This document shows positions 51,132 through 63,124 of a stretch of DNA of 64,000 nt, piece after piece. The notes beneath the pieces were generated by a model. The model was not told where the DNA came from, did no database searches, and saw nothing but the letters and a program-made list of their open reading frames with translations. The translations under genes were made by a program, and so were the position numbers. Numbering within the stretch: the first letter of the stretch is position 1; each line of letters begins with the position of its first letter. This DNA comes from Raja brachyura. Taxonomy: Eukaryota. The stretch lies in NCBI GenBank assembly GCA_963514005.1, contig OY740806.1, forward strand, positions 36,022,001-36,086,000, written 5' to 3'.

Positions 51132-52261
51132 AAGAATGTATCTATTTTAACACACAATTTGGGTGATTGCTACAATGACCTCAATAGCGAGTTGTACAAC
51201 ATGAACATTCTTTGAATGACGGGATCCTCCCAAAGCTGCACGCATGAACACACCTGCAATTTGCAAGGGCATACGTGCACCAGAGCAGGTGATTCCAGTG
51301 CACATGTCTGCAGGTAGTGGATATACACGTGTATGTCTCTCACCTGTATGGAGATCTGATTTATCTATCACAGGCCACGACTGGAACACATGCTACTTGC
51401 ACAGGTCTGCTCTTCAGGGTTGCACTACTTATGATGATGGTCAATGTTCTGTATGAAGTATATAGAACATAGAACAATAGTTTAGTTTAGTTTATTGTCA
51501 AGTGTACCAAGGTACAGTAAAAAGCTTCTGTTGCATGTTATCTAGTCAGCGAAAGTCTATACATGATTACAATCGAGCCATCCACAATGTACAGATGATG
51601 ATGGGAATACTGTTTAGTGCAAGATAAAGTCCAGTCAAGTCCGATTAAAGATACTCTGTGGGTTTCCAATGTGGTAGCTAGCAGCTTAGGACTGCTCAGT
51701 ACAACATAGAAACAGGCCTACTGACCCATAATGTTTGTGCTGAACATGATGCTTATTTAAACAATGATAAAGTAACAAAGATAAAGATTAAAAGTAAATC
51801 AAATCTCTACTTGATCAGCCATTAGTTTCTCTACTAATGACCACAACATAAATATGCTACCCGTCAAGGGCTGCCTTACAAACGGTGTCATTGATAGCAT
51901 AACATATATTATTCCTTTGAAGAGCTACACAACACTGATCATGTAAACTAAACTTAACTCTATGTGTTTAGTTCAGAGATATAGCATGGAAACAGGCCAT
52001 TCAGCCCACGAGTCCACGCCAACCTGCACATGATATCAAAGACGCACAATGTTATAATCAAAGGCACACACCACCCTCTCATCTCATTGGGGTGAAGATA
52101 CAGGAGCCTGAGAACCGTTACCTCCAGGTTCAAGAACAGCTTCTTCCCATCTATCATTCATCAGGCTTGTGCACTATTCGCACAACTCTAACCAGAACCC
52201 CCTGCTCTCCCACAAACTGCTATCGACTTTGTATAAGGTTGTACTACTTTTTGGCCTATTA

Positions 52262-53030
52262 TCATCGTCCCTTCCAAGCTGGTTACCAAGCTCATGGAAC
52301 TGGACCTCTGCGCATCTCTCTGCAATTGGATTCTCATCCACAGACCACAGTCAGTTCGAATTGGAGGAACCACTTCATCCTCAGTAACAATTAGTACGGG
52401 ATTACCTCAAGGCTGCGTGCTCAGCCCCCTGCTGTACTCACTCTATAACCATGACTGCGTAGCTGGTCATAGTGCGAACTCCATGTTCGCCGATGACACC
52501 ACTGTGGTTGGACGAATTACAGTTGGGGACGAGTCAGAGTATAGAAGTGAGATCGACCGAATGACCAAATGGGGCCAGCACAACAACATGGCTCTCAACA
52601 TCAGTAAGACCAAGGAACTGATTGTGGACTTTGGTAGGGGAAGGATGAGGACCCACAATCCTGTTTACATCAACGGGACGATGGTGGAGAGGGTCAATAA
52701 CTTCAAATTCATGGGCATGCATATTTCAGAAGATCTTTCCTGGACCCAGCACACCGATGCGATTGTAAAGAAGGCACATCAGCGACTCTACTTCCTGAGA
52801 AGATTACGGAGATTCGGCATGTCGAAGAGGATTCTCCTAAACTTCTACAGGTGCTAGAGAGCATTCTGACTGGTTGCATCGTGGCCTAGTTCGGCAACTT
52901 GAATGTCCAGGAGCAAAAAAGACTACAGAAAGTTGTGACCACTGCCCAGTCCATCACCGGCTTTGACCTTCCCACCGTCGAAGGGATCGCAATGGTTTCA
53001 CACACAGTTGAAGGCAGCATCCAACAATTA
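52262..53030 (+). mobile_element. Rex/Babar-like LINE RT fragment (different subfamily)
   Basis: [18 protein letters not shown]; FADDTTVVG; [13 protein letters not shown]; [13 protein letters not shown]. Confidence 0.88.
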
Positions 53031-56000
53031 TCCGCACCAAAATAAGAAAGGAATCAGCTCTGAAATGCAATTTCCACATGACAGCTAAACACCAGCAATG
53101 CACACTGTCGCTGACAAGTGGAATCAGAGTGGGGAAGGAAAAGTGGGTGCCACGAGGTTTAGTGAAGGAACATGAAGATATGACAAACAGGAGCAATCAG
53201 CATATCTGGCCTCCACCATTCAATAACGTCATGACAGGTCCAGTCTTGGCATCAACACCATTTTCTTCCTGTACCGGCTGATTCATTTGTAATTCAAATG
53301 TCTGTCAATTTATGCTTTAAAGATACTCAATGGCTTCACAATTCTCTGGGGTAAAGAACTCCACTGAGTCATAATCGTCTGGGAAAAGGAATCTTTCTTC
53401 GCCTCTGATGTAAATGGGCAATCTCCTGGTCTCCATCCAACGCTTCATTAATTATGGAGACTAAAACTGTACATGCTACTCCAGGTGAAGCCTTATCATC
53501 ATTCTATAAAGATGCACCAAGACTCTGCATCTGTTATATTCCATACCCTTCACAATAAAGACCACCATTCCATTTGCTTTCATATCTCTTAAGCTCCATG
53601 CGTCAGGAGCTCCACACTCCTTTATACCTACAACACCTGGCTAAGTCACTCTATTTAAATAATATGTATATATATTTTTTAATTTTCCTTTTAGATTTTG
53701 TAATCTCATACCTTTAATGTGTCCCCTTAACAAATGCGTCCTGGAAATGAACTGATTTTTCCGTAATCCATTCTGTTATTTCTTCAAGATCTGTGGGAAA
53801 TGTGTCAGGCACGGTTTCACTTTCATAAGACCATGTTGCCTCCACTGATGGGAATGATGTTCTGCTCCCACTGCCACCTACTGAACAACGGTGGTCAGCA
53901 TTGGTCCGATGAGAGGCGTTACGTTAACCGGCCTGTAATTTGTTGCTTCCTGCCTCCTTCCATTCTTGAATTTTGGCAATGCATTTGTGGTTTTATAATC
54001 CTGTGGGACCGCTTCAGAATGCAGGAATTTTAATAGATTACGACCAGTGCATCCATAATAATCTAATTTCCCTAGACTTCTATAGCCTTCATTGAACTTG
54101 GCAACTCGAGTACTCATCCAGATACTTCTTAAATATGGTGAAAGCAACTACCTTCACCACTTCCCAGGCATTGTGTTCCAGTCTCTAACCACTCACTGTG
54201 TGAAAACATTCTTCCAGAAATGTCATCTATTCCTTCGCTCCATAGATGCTGCCTCACCCGCTGAGTTTCTCCAGCATTTTTGTCTATCTTCGAACCATGA
54301 TCTTTGTTCATACGATGTCGGAACAGAATTCGGTCATTCAGCTCATCTACTCTACCATTCAATCATAACTGATCTATCTTTCCCTCTCTACCCCATTCTC
54401 CGGCCTTCTCCCTATAACTCCTGACACCGGTACACATAATGTCCTCTAGTATTAGACCCCTCTGCCTAGGGGAAATGTTTCTTACCATGTGCCTGCTCTA
54501 TACTTCTCACACCTCTATCAGGCAGCCCGCAGCCTCCTCTGCTCCAGTGGAAACAAATAGAATCTACCCTGTCTCTCCTCCAAGCAACAGGCTGGTGAAT
54601 CTCTCTGAATCTTCTCCAGTGCAGCCATGTCCCTCATCAATTCTCCAGCTGTGGTCTAACCAATGTTTCTTAAAGTTAAACCAAACCCCCCCTTGTTCTT
54701 ACACATTATGCCATGACTAAAACAAACAAACCTTCTTCAGCACCCAGTCTACCTGTGCTGCCACCTTCAGGTATCTTTTCACCTGTACAAGGTCCTTTTG
54801 TTCCTCAATGCTCCCAAGGGCCCGATGTCCTACCCGTATTAGACCTCCCTAAATGTATCACCTTACAATTATCAGAATTAAATTCCATCTCCCATTACTC
54901 TGCCGAGTTTACAGAACCAATCAACATTGTTCTATACCTACCTAACTATCACCAGTAGCAGCAATTTTCATGTCAGAAATCCACTGCAGAAACTTGGAAA
55001 AGTTCCCTCTGGTGGGGAAATCAATGTGATCTTGACTTCCATGGAGAGAGCAGTGCCTAGCTATGTTCTGACAGCCATGGTAAAGCCAAGACAGTGAATA
55101 CATTTGTAGGAAGGAACTCCAGATGCTGGTTTACACCAAAGATATACACAAAAGGCTGGAGTGTGGAGAAGTGTGGGAGATCTCAGAGTGGGAGAAGCCT
55201 GAAGAAATCTCGACTTCGAAACGTCACCTATTCCTTTCCTCCATAGATGCTGCCTGACCCGCTGAGTTAATCTATCTTTTTGTGTCTATGTTCTGCGAAT
55301 ACATAGTTTAACAGAGAGGCTGAGGTAAGAATTGGTGTCGCTGATGGCCCTTTGGCAGGAGAATGTCGATGTTTCTGCCTCCAGCCTAACCCACTCTCAG
55401 TGACAACCATGGCCAGGATGATGTTGAATGTCGCCAGAGCAAGCAACACTGAGACATGCATGAAATCTCTGTAGCTAAATGGTGGAGAAAGCACTTACGG
55501 CTTGAGCAGACTTGGCAGATTTTGGAAGATGCTTGAGCCACATGCTATCAATCTTGGAAGTGATTAGTCAAGGGTCTAGTGCAAAGAGGAAAGTGTAAAG
55601 GAGTTGGGTGGGCAAGTTTTTTACACAGGGGGTGGTGAGAGCCTGGAACATGCTGCCAAGGGTGATGGTTGAAGCAGATATGTTAGTGGCATTTAAAACT
55701 CTTTTGGATAGGCATATGATATGCAGGAAATGGAGGGATATGGGTTATGTGTAGGGAGGTAAGTGATGATCTTGGCATCATGTTGAGCCCAGGCATTGTG
55801 GGTCGATGGGCCTGTTCTTGTGTTGTACTGTTCTATGTCTCCTAATGTCAGCAGAGTCCCTTTAAGTAGCAAAAAAGTAGCAAATTAGCACAGATCACCA
55901 ATGAGGTGTGACTCTAAACCAAGGCCCTATATACGCCTGGAAGATAGATAGTAAATATTTTTGGTGCTGATTTGAGGCTGAACTGGAGTGTTCTGATGGT

Positions 56001-56526
56001 TAATAGTTATTCCTCAGCTGTATTATTATAAACCCATTATGTGATCATTGCTGTTTCTGTTAGTGGGAGACCACAGTGTACAAGTTGGTTGGTGATTCTC
56101 TGCCCATCTTGAAATTCACACACAAAAGGGAGCAACTCTAAAGTTCCAGCTTGTTGTCAACCACCAAACTGTTCAACCAAACTTTGGCCCACAGTTTGCC
56201 ATGGTGAGACTTGAACACAATTTGCTTGGCTGAAATGGAGACCTGAGAGACTGTCGATGCTGGATTTTACTTCGGAGTCACGTGAGTGATTCCGTGAAGA
56301 AGACCCGCCAGGCCGCATGCGCACCAGTATGTCAGCCGCATTGACGCATGGAGGCTGTGAGGAACAGAGCTCCTCCAGCGGTAAGTATTCGTACTCCAGG
56401 TAAGTGACAAAACTTTCACTGGAGTTCGAGTCCGTGCTGGCCGGTACGCTATCTACCGATCGCTAGCATGGAAAAAAAACAGGGAAGGGAAAGTGGCGAG
56501 TCGCAACCAGCCGCGGCAGCTCAGGC

Positions 56527-57667
56527 ATGGAAGCCCTGCCTCATACCCCTGTACAGTCACTAGCTACAGAGTTAGCGACTGCAGACTTAGTGCTACACAG
56601 CACAGAGCCATCGCCATTAGGGCGCAAGGCACCTGAAAAGTCTGCTAGGCCCACGGAGTCGGGGGATGATTCCTCACCGGGGCTGGATAGAGTGTGTTCA
56701 CGCCCATCCCAAGTAGAGGAGCTGTTGCATACAGTCCTCCAGAGAATTTCATTCCAAGAGAAGGAGTGTCAGCGATCAGAGAAAGAGGCGCCAGCAGCAG
56801 CAGTGCTGCCAGATAACCATTTTACTTTTGAAGGCAGTGCAATGGGTCAGATCAGTCCTGATCCCGAATCTGATGGGGAAGTTCAGCCAGGAGAAACAGT
56901 GGAGTTACCAGATGTTCCACCACTGGCACTACCATTTGCTGTCCCATCAGGAGCAGGGGAGCCGCTAGGTGAAGAGCTGGCCACCACAATAAATTACATG
57001 GTTTCTCATGAGCTCCAGGAGCTTACTATGGATGAGACAGCCAAACAAACATGAGCCTCCAAGCAACTGTGAGTTGTTAAAAGTTCCAACTGTGAATCAG
57101 GTTATATGGGGTCAAATGGGACCCGGCATGCAAAGTCAAGAGATTAAAATGCAGAAGATCCTAAAATTATTGGCTGCTGGCATTACGGCGTTCGCATGAA
57201 CAATGGATGGTGGTTATGTGACCAGAACACACCAAGAGGCTCTAGGGTTGCTATGTAACACCTATTTTGAGATCAATTGTCTCAGGAAAAGGGCTATAAA
57301 GCCCACCATTAATCCCAGATATGCTGCACTTTGTAAGCCAGCAAATATCCAACCACCTGATCTGCTGTTTGGCGCAGACCTTACCAAACAGGTCAAAGAA
57401 ATAAATGAAGACGCAAAAACAATGAGCCTGATGAGACCAATGATGCCCGGCAGACCACTGAAGAGAAAGTATCCTTACAGAACCATCTCAGCGTCTGGGG
57501 CTACTCCAGAGACAAGTCGGTCCTCAGCGCAGGGGCGCGGATGGTACCCTTCGGCTGGAGCACGAGCAACCATGGGGGCCACTGCCAGAGGCTGGAGTCA
57601 GCAGGGTGCACCAGTTACCACAGAGGTAGGTGGACCTGGTTCTCATAAAAACATTATGGCAGTTTAA
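56527..57667 (+). pseudogene. DIRS ORF1 (gag-like), fragmented by stops/frameshifts
   Basis: Three ORF pieces at the ORF1 position (PSNCELLKVPTVNQVIW; LRKRAIKPTINPRYAALC...LLFGADL). Confidence 0.75.
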
Positions 57668-58800
57668 GGCACTGCCGAATGGGTTAACCTCAGCTCCTAG
57701 AGTATTTACTAAATTGTTAAAACCAATTTTGGGGCTACTAAGAGGTCAGGGCCATGTAATTATGGCCTATCTGGATGATATTTTAATTATCGGACAAACA
57801 AAAGAACTAGCTGAAAAATCAGTGGCAATTGTCAAATTCACACTTGAAAAACTGGGGTTTGTTATTCATTTGGAAAAATCTAAATTGACACCAATTACCA
57901 CAATTGATTATTTAGGGTTCACAATTGACTCATTTAAAATGATAATTACCTTGCCCAGGGAGAAACGTGTAGAGCTAATTGAGGATTGTATAAAGCTTGT
58001 AAATAAACATCAACCTTCAATTAGACAAGTGGCAAGGCTGCTTGGGAAAATGGTAGCAGTAATTATGGTAGAAGCAATTACTGATATTTTATGGTGGATC
58101 CAACATGTCTCCAGTAGTTTCAGCACAGTGGTGCTAGAACAACCTTCCATGGTCTTACAGACTGATGTCAGTGCAATTGGGTGGGGTGCCACGGATACAA
58201 CTTCAAGTTGTGGAAGAAGATGGAGTATGGAAGAAGCTTTGCTTCTGCACACATGGGGAATAAACCATTGAGAGCTTTTAGGAGCATTTTATGGGCTCAA
58301 GGCTTATTGTTCTAACAAAAGCAGTCTGCATGTCCAGCTCCAAATTGATAACACTACGGCAGTTGCATATGTTAATCACATGGGTGGTACCAAGTCGGTA
58401 TCTTGTGACACACTGGCAAACCAAATCTGGATCTGGTGTATTTGGCTCTCAGCTATATATCTGCCAGGGAAATTCAATACTGTGGCAGAGACCAGGTCAC
58501 GAAAGTTCCATGACAACATAGAGTGGATGTTGAATCGAGATGTGTTCAAAGAGACCATTGGAACGCCAGATGTCGACTTGTTTGCATCCAGACTTAACCA
58601 CCAGCATCCCAAATATGTATCATGGGAACCAGATCCTGGGGCAGTAGCGATTGACGCTTTCTCGCTGAATTGGGGATGATATGTATATATATGCATTTTC
58701 ACCGTTCTGTCTCATAAATCATTGTCTGCTTAAAATCAAGCAGGATGATGCTTCACGGGTACTGGTGATACCCGACTGCCATGGTACTCTTTGATCCTGC
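57630..58800 (+). pseudogene. DIRS ORF2: RT (N-terminal part deleted), RNase H, methyltransferase-like domain
   Basis: QFKALPNGLTSAPRVFTK and AYLDDILI (RT); LQTDVSAIGWG and YVNHMGG (RNase H); DLFASRLNHQ...DAFSLNW and YAFSPF (MT-like). Stops and frameshifts present. Confidence 0.9.
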
Positions 58801-58905
58801 AGCTGATGACACAACCCCGATGGCTGTTCCCAAACGAAGGGATTTATTGGTGTATCCGGTAACTGGCGAATGCCATCCGTTCTATGACCGTATTGATTTG
58901 TTAAT

Positions 58906-59858
58906 TTGCAGATTCTAAGAAGGCCATATCTGGGGCATGGATTGCCGGGTCGAACTGTGGATATGCTTACTGCATCTTGGAGATCGAGTACTCAAAAGCA
59001 GTATATTTGTTATGTAAAAAAATGGAAAGTTTACTGTGTACAAAATAATATTGATTATTGTACAGCACGTATTTCACATGTTCTGGAGTTTCTGTCAACC
59101 CTCTACTATGATGAAAGACTAAGTTATAGTGCAATCAATACAGCAAGAAGTGCTTTGTCATCATATTTCGTGATGAAGTCAGACAAACATCGATTGGATC
59201 TCAACCTCTCGTTGTTCGATTAATGAAAGCGATTTTCAATTCCAGACCTCCCAAACCTAGATATATGGCTATTTGGGATGTGAATATGGTCCTCAGAATA
59301 CTATGTGAGTGGTTTCCTGTCTCATCTTTGTCTTTGACCAAAATCACCATGAAGGTGGCCATGCTCATGGCATTGGTTTCAGCACAAAGGGTACAGACGT
59401 TACAAAAATTACAGTTAGATAGAATGGAAACTGCTGCAGACAATGTTACATTTTACATTTATGACCTCCTTAAGCAAAGCAGTCCAGGTGTCACAGGGTT
59501 CAAAATAGTATTTTCAGCATATCCCACGGATCCATCCTTAAGTGTAAAAACACATCTGATGCAATACATTAGACAGGATTGTTTATCAGTTATAAAAAAA
59601 ACACATAAGAGAGTGTCAGTTAACACTATTTTGAGATGGCTGAAACAAGTCTTGATTGATGCAGGTATTAACACTGATGTGTTTACATCTCATTCCACTA
59701 GGGCAGCAGCTACGTCGGCGGCCAAAGCAAGGGACGTGCCCGTTGACCATATTTTGGCGGCCGCCGGATGGGCAAATGAGCTGATGTTTCAGAATTTCTA
59801 TCATCGGCCGATTGTCGATCCAGGGCTATTTGCCAATGCCATTTTAAGTTCTGTTTAA
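58906..59858 (+). pseudogene. DIRS tyrosine recombinase ORF (frameshifted)
   Basis: SYSAINTARSALS, ALVSAQRVQTL, FTSHSTRAAATS and ILAAAGW...FQNFY, carrying the R/H-x-x-R/W/Y catalytic set. Confidence 0.92.
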
Positions 59859-60451
59859 GTTCCCTGGGATTAAGGGGTACTGTTGTTTGTTTATATTTTT
59901 AAATAAACCTTATTACTGCATTAAATGCAATGTTAATACTAATGCATTAATTGCTCATTCGAGTCAATCAATGCAGTGAGATGCCGAGATTTGTAATCTA
60001 CGACATGAAATCACAAAGCTTTGAACTCTTCACAGAATCACTCACGTGACTCCGAAGTAAAATAGTAAGATTAAACGAGAACTTACCAGTTTGAAATTTG
60101 ATCTTGATTTTATGAGGAGTTACGTTGGTGATTACGTGCCCGCCACGCTCAACCCTCTCTCATAAAGGATCATATGGTAGTTCTCGAGTCAGTCATCTTA
60201 CTATGTCACTTCGGTGTTGTTATTTGTGATTCCATACCACTGCTTTGAAGATTGGTGCGCATGCGGCCTGGCGGGTCTTCTTCACGTAATCACCAACATA
60301 ACTTCTCATAAAATCAAGATCAAACTTCAAACTGGTAAGTTCTCATTTAAGTTGTTAAAGAAGGAACTGCAGATGCTGGAGAATCGAGGGTTACACAAAA
60401 GGCTGGAGAAACTCAGCGGGTGTAGCAGCATCTAAGGAGCGAAGGAGATAG

Positions 60452-60486
60452 GCGACGTTTCGGGTCGAGACCCTTCTTCAGACTGG
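60452..60486 (-). ncRNA. Minimal type I hammerhead ribozyme motif in the Penelope 3' terminal repeat
   Basis: Minus strand reads ccagt CTGAAGA a GGGT ctcg ACCC GAAA cg TC gcc: conserved core, 4-bp helix II, palindromic ACGT in place of helix III. Minimal hammerheads are known from Penelope-like elements. Helix I is weak here. Confidence 0.7.
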
Positions 60487-60713
60487 TCAGGGATCAGGGA
60501 AACGAGAGATATAAACAGTGATGTGGAGAGATAAGGAACAATGAGTGAAAGATATGCAAAAAAGTATTGGTGATAAAGGAAGCAGGCCATTGTAAGCTGT
60601 TTGTGGTGTGAAAATGAGAAGCTAGTGCAACTGGGGGGGGGGGGGGGGGGGAGATGGAGAAGGAATGTCAGGGCCAGAGGGCTGAGGGAGAGGTGGGGGG
60701 GAGGCAGTCTGGG

Positions 60714-61655
60714 TTAACAGAATTGAGAAAATTCAATGTTTAAGCCCAGAGGATGCAGACTCCCCAAGCGGAATATGAGGTGCTGTTCCTCCAACTTGCG
60801 GTGTTGATCACTCTGGCCGTGGAGGAGGCCCAGGACCGAGAGGTCGGATACGCAGTGGGAGGGGGAGTTGAAGTGCTGAGCCACCGGGAGGTCCGGTTGG
60901 TTATTGCGGACCGAGCGGAGGTGTTCGGCGAAACGATCGCCCAGCCTCCGCTTGGTCTCACCGATGTAGATCAGCTGGCATCTGGAGCAACGGATGCAGT
61001 AGATGAGGTTGGAGGAGGTGCAGGTGAACCTCTGTCGGACTTGGAATGACTGCTTGGGTCCCTGAAAGGAGTGGATGGGGGAGGTGAAGGGACAAGTGTA
61101 GCATCTCTTGCAAGGGAAAGTGCCCGGGGAAGGGGTGGAGCGGGAGGGAAGGGAAGAATTGACGAGGGAGTTGCGGAGGGAGCGGTCTTTGCGGAAGGCA
61201 GACAGGGGGGGAGATGGGAAGATGTGGCGAGTGGAGGGGTCACGTTGGAGGTGACGAAACTGGCGGAGGACTATCTGTTGTATGCGCTGGCTGGTGGGGT
61301 GAAAGGTGAGGACCAGGGGGACTCTGCCCTTGTTGTGAGTGGGGGAATGGGGAGAGAGGGCAGTGTTGCGGGGTATGGAGGAGACCCTGGTGCGAGCCTC
61401 ATCTATAGTGGGGGAGGGGAAACCCCGTTCTCTGAAGAACGAGGACATTTGCGATGACCTGGTGTGGAACACGTCATCCTGGGAGCAGATGCGGCGTAGA
61501 CGGAGGAATTGGGAATAGGGGATGGAGTCCTTACAGGAAGCAGGGTGGGAGGAAGAGTAGTCCAGGTAGCTGTGGGAGTCAGTTGGTTTGTAGTGGATGT
61601 CAGTCAGGAGTGTGTCACCTGCAATAGAGATGGTGAGGTCAAGGAATGGTAGGGA
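60714..61655 (-). CDS. Penelope-like RT thumb + GIY-YIG endonuclease (partial, open frame)
   Basis: LPFLDLTI...DIHYKPTDSHSYLDYSSSHP...IPYSQFLRLRRICS; NLIYCIRCSRCQLIYIGETKRRLGDRFAEH. Confidence 0.88.
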   Translation of the reverse strand, partial: SLPFLDLTISIAGDTLLTDIHYKPTDSHSYLDYSSSHPASCKDSIPYSQFLRLRRICSQDDVFHTRSSQMSSFFRERGFPSPTIDEARTRVSSIPRNTALSPHSPTHNKGRVPLVLTFHPTSQRIQQIVLRQFRHLQRDPSTRHIFPSPPLSAFRKDRSLRNSLVNSSLPSRSTPSPGTFPCKRCYTCPFTSPIHSFQGPKQSFQVRQRFTCTSSNLIYCIRCSRCQLIYIGETKRRLGDRFAEHLRSVRNNQPDLPVAQHFNSPSHCVSDLSVLGLLHGQSDQHRKLEEQHLIFRLGSLHPLGLNIEFSQFC

Positions 61656-62380
61656 ACCTCATTTAATCTTACTATTCTGTGCAAGAAAAACCTGCCATCA
61701 AATTGAGCTACTAATGACATCACTGGAAGTCTCCAGTATTCCATTACAAAGTCCTCAACCATTTCAGATAATCATCACCACATCCATGCCATCAGAGAGC
61801 TTTAAACGTAAGCAATTACAATTCTTCTGGACTGACCTTTAGTTCTTATGTACATCCATTGGCACTAATGTTTGCTTTAGACCGTCATCGCTTTCATCAT
61901 TTCTAATAACTCAATCACGCATTTTCCTTTAGTTTCTTCCTCCTCGCCGTCATTTTTCTTGTGAATATTTAGACAAAAGATCAGAGTTTAAATATTAAGA
62001 CTGATGCTCTACACAGATGCTTTCTTATTTTTTCTCTTTCTTTCATTTGTTTCCCCAGTACCCAGACCATTTCTCTTGTTATAATAATTATCATTCATTT
62101 CCACCAGCGGGTGGCACACTTCACCAGAAGGAGAAGTTCTAGTTACTCGACCCAAAAACCACCCATTCCTCCGCTCCAGAGATGCTGCCTGTCCCGCTGA
62201 GTTACTCCAGCATTTAGTGCCTATCTGTAGTTACTCTGCCTGTCACAGCTGGAACATGCGATCATCAACCCTCTGTACTTCCTGTGTTGGTGGCTTATGT
62301 TTGCCTGCTTGCTGGAATTGAAGGAATGCAATTCCTTCTCTCCAAAGATGCTGCCTGTCCCACTGAGTTACTGCAGCTTT

Positions 62381-63124
62381 TCAAGTTCAAGTTCAAATCT
62401 ATTGTCACATGTACCAATTAAGGTACAGTGATATTTGAGTTACCATACAGCCATACTAAGTAAAAAGCAACAAGACACACAGCACATGAAATAAAATTTA
62501 ACATGAACATCCACCACAGCGGAATCCACATTCGTCTGTGATGGAAGGTGATAAAGTTCAATCATCGTCCTCCTTTGTTCACCCGTGGTCAGGGCTGTTG
62601 AACCCTCGCGGTCTCCGCTGCCAGCGGTCCAATGTCCGAATCCCTCACGTCGGGATGATCAAAACTCCGTCGTCGGGACGGATTGGAACACTCGCAGCAT
62701 GGAGCTCCTGAGTCAGCCTCTTCATACCAGAGACCACCTGGTTCACGATGTTAAAGTCCATAGGCCCCGCGGTTGAAGCTCTTCCACAGGCGATCCTCGG
62801 CAAAGGATCACAGGCTCCTTTGATGTTCAAGTCCGTGCGCACGCGGCTTGAAGCGCTGGGCCGCTCTTCAGGAAAGGCAGCACCACTCCATGTTGTCAGG
62901 CCGCAGGGGAGAGCGGACATACGATACAGAGGAAAATTGCATCTCCATTGAGGTAAGTGATTGAACATAGTTTCCCCCAATTCCCCCCCCCCCTCACCCC
63001 CCACATGAAACAGACCAAGAAACATTAAATCATACTTTTGAAACATACTTAAAATAATAAAAACAGAGAGGAGACAGACAGACTGTTGGCGAGGCAGCCA
63101 CTGATGGTGGCGCCACCCGGTGGA
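62381..63124 (-). mobile_element. Unclassified GC-rich non-autonomous retroposon with LINE-like 3' tail, nested in a Penelope-derived repeat
   Basis: (TTGAAC)n tail. Its 3' end ctgtaccttaattggtacatgtgacaata resembles the Rex-like end at ~9260-9283. The host cagcttt|ttttgtgtctatc is split by it. Confidence 0.65.

Larger units (their letters stand above)
60351..61657 (-). mobile_element. Penelope-like retroelement, 5'-truncated, inserted into the DIRS right terminus
   Basis: RT C-terminus plus GIY-YIG endonuclease, 3' terminal repeat 60353-60490, and 9-bp TSD ctcatttaa at 60342-60350 and 61658-61666. Confidence 0.93.
56264..61676 (+). mobile_element. DIRS1-like tyrosine-recombinase retrotransposon, degenerate, both termini present
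   Basis: gag-like, RT (YLDD), RNaseH, methyltransferase-like and YR coding remnants. Inverted terminal sequences 56293-56326 vs 60253-60286, internal complementary region 60027-60138, and ATT at both ends. Confidence 0.93.
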
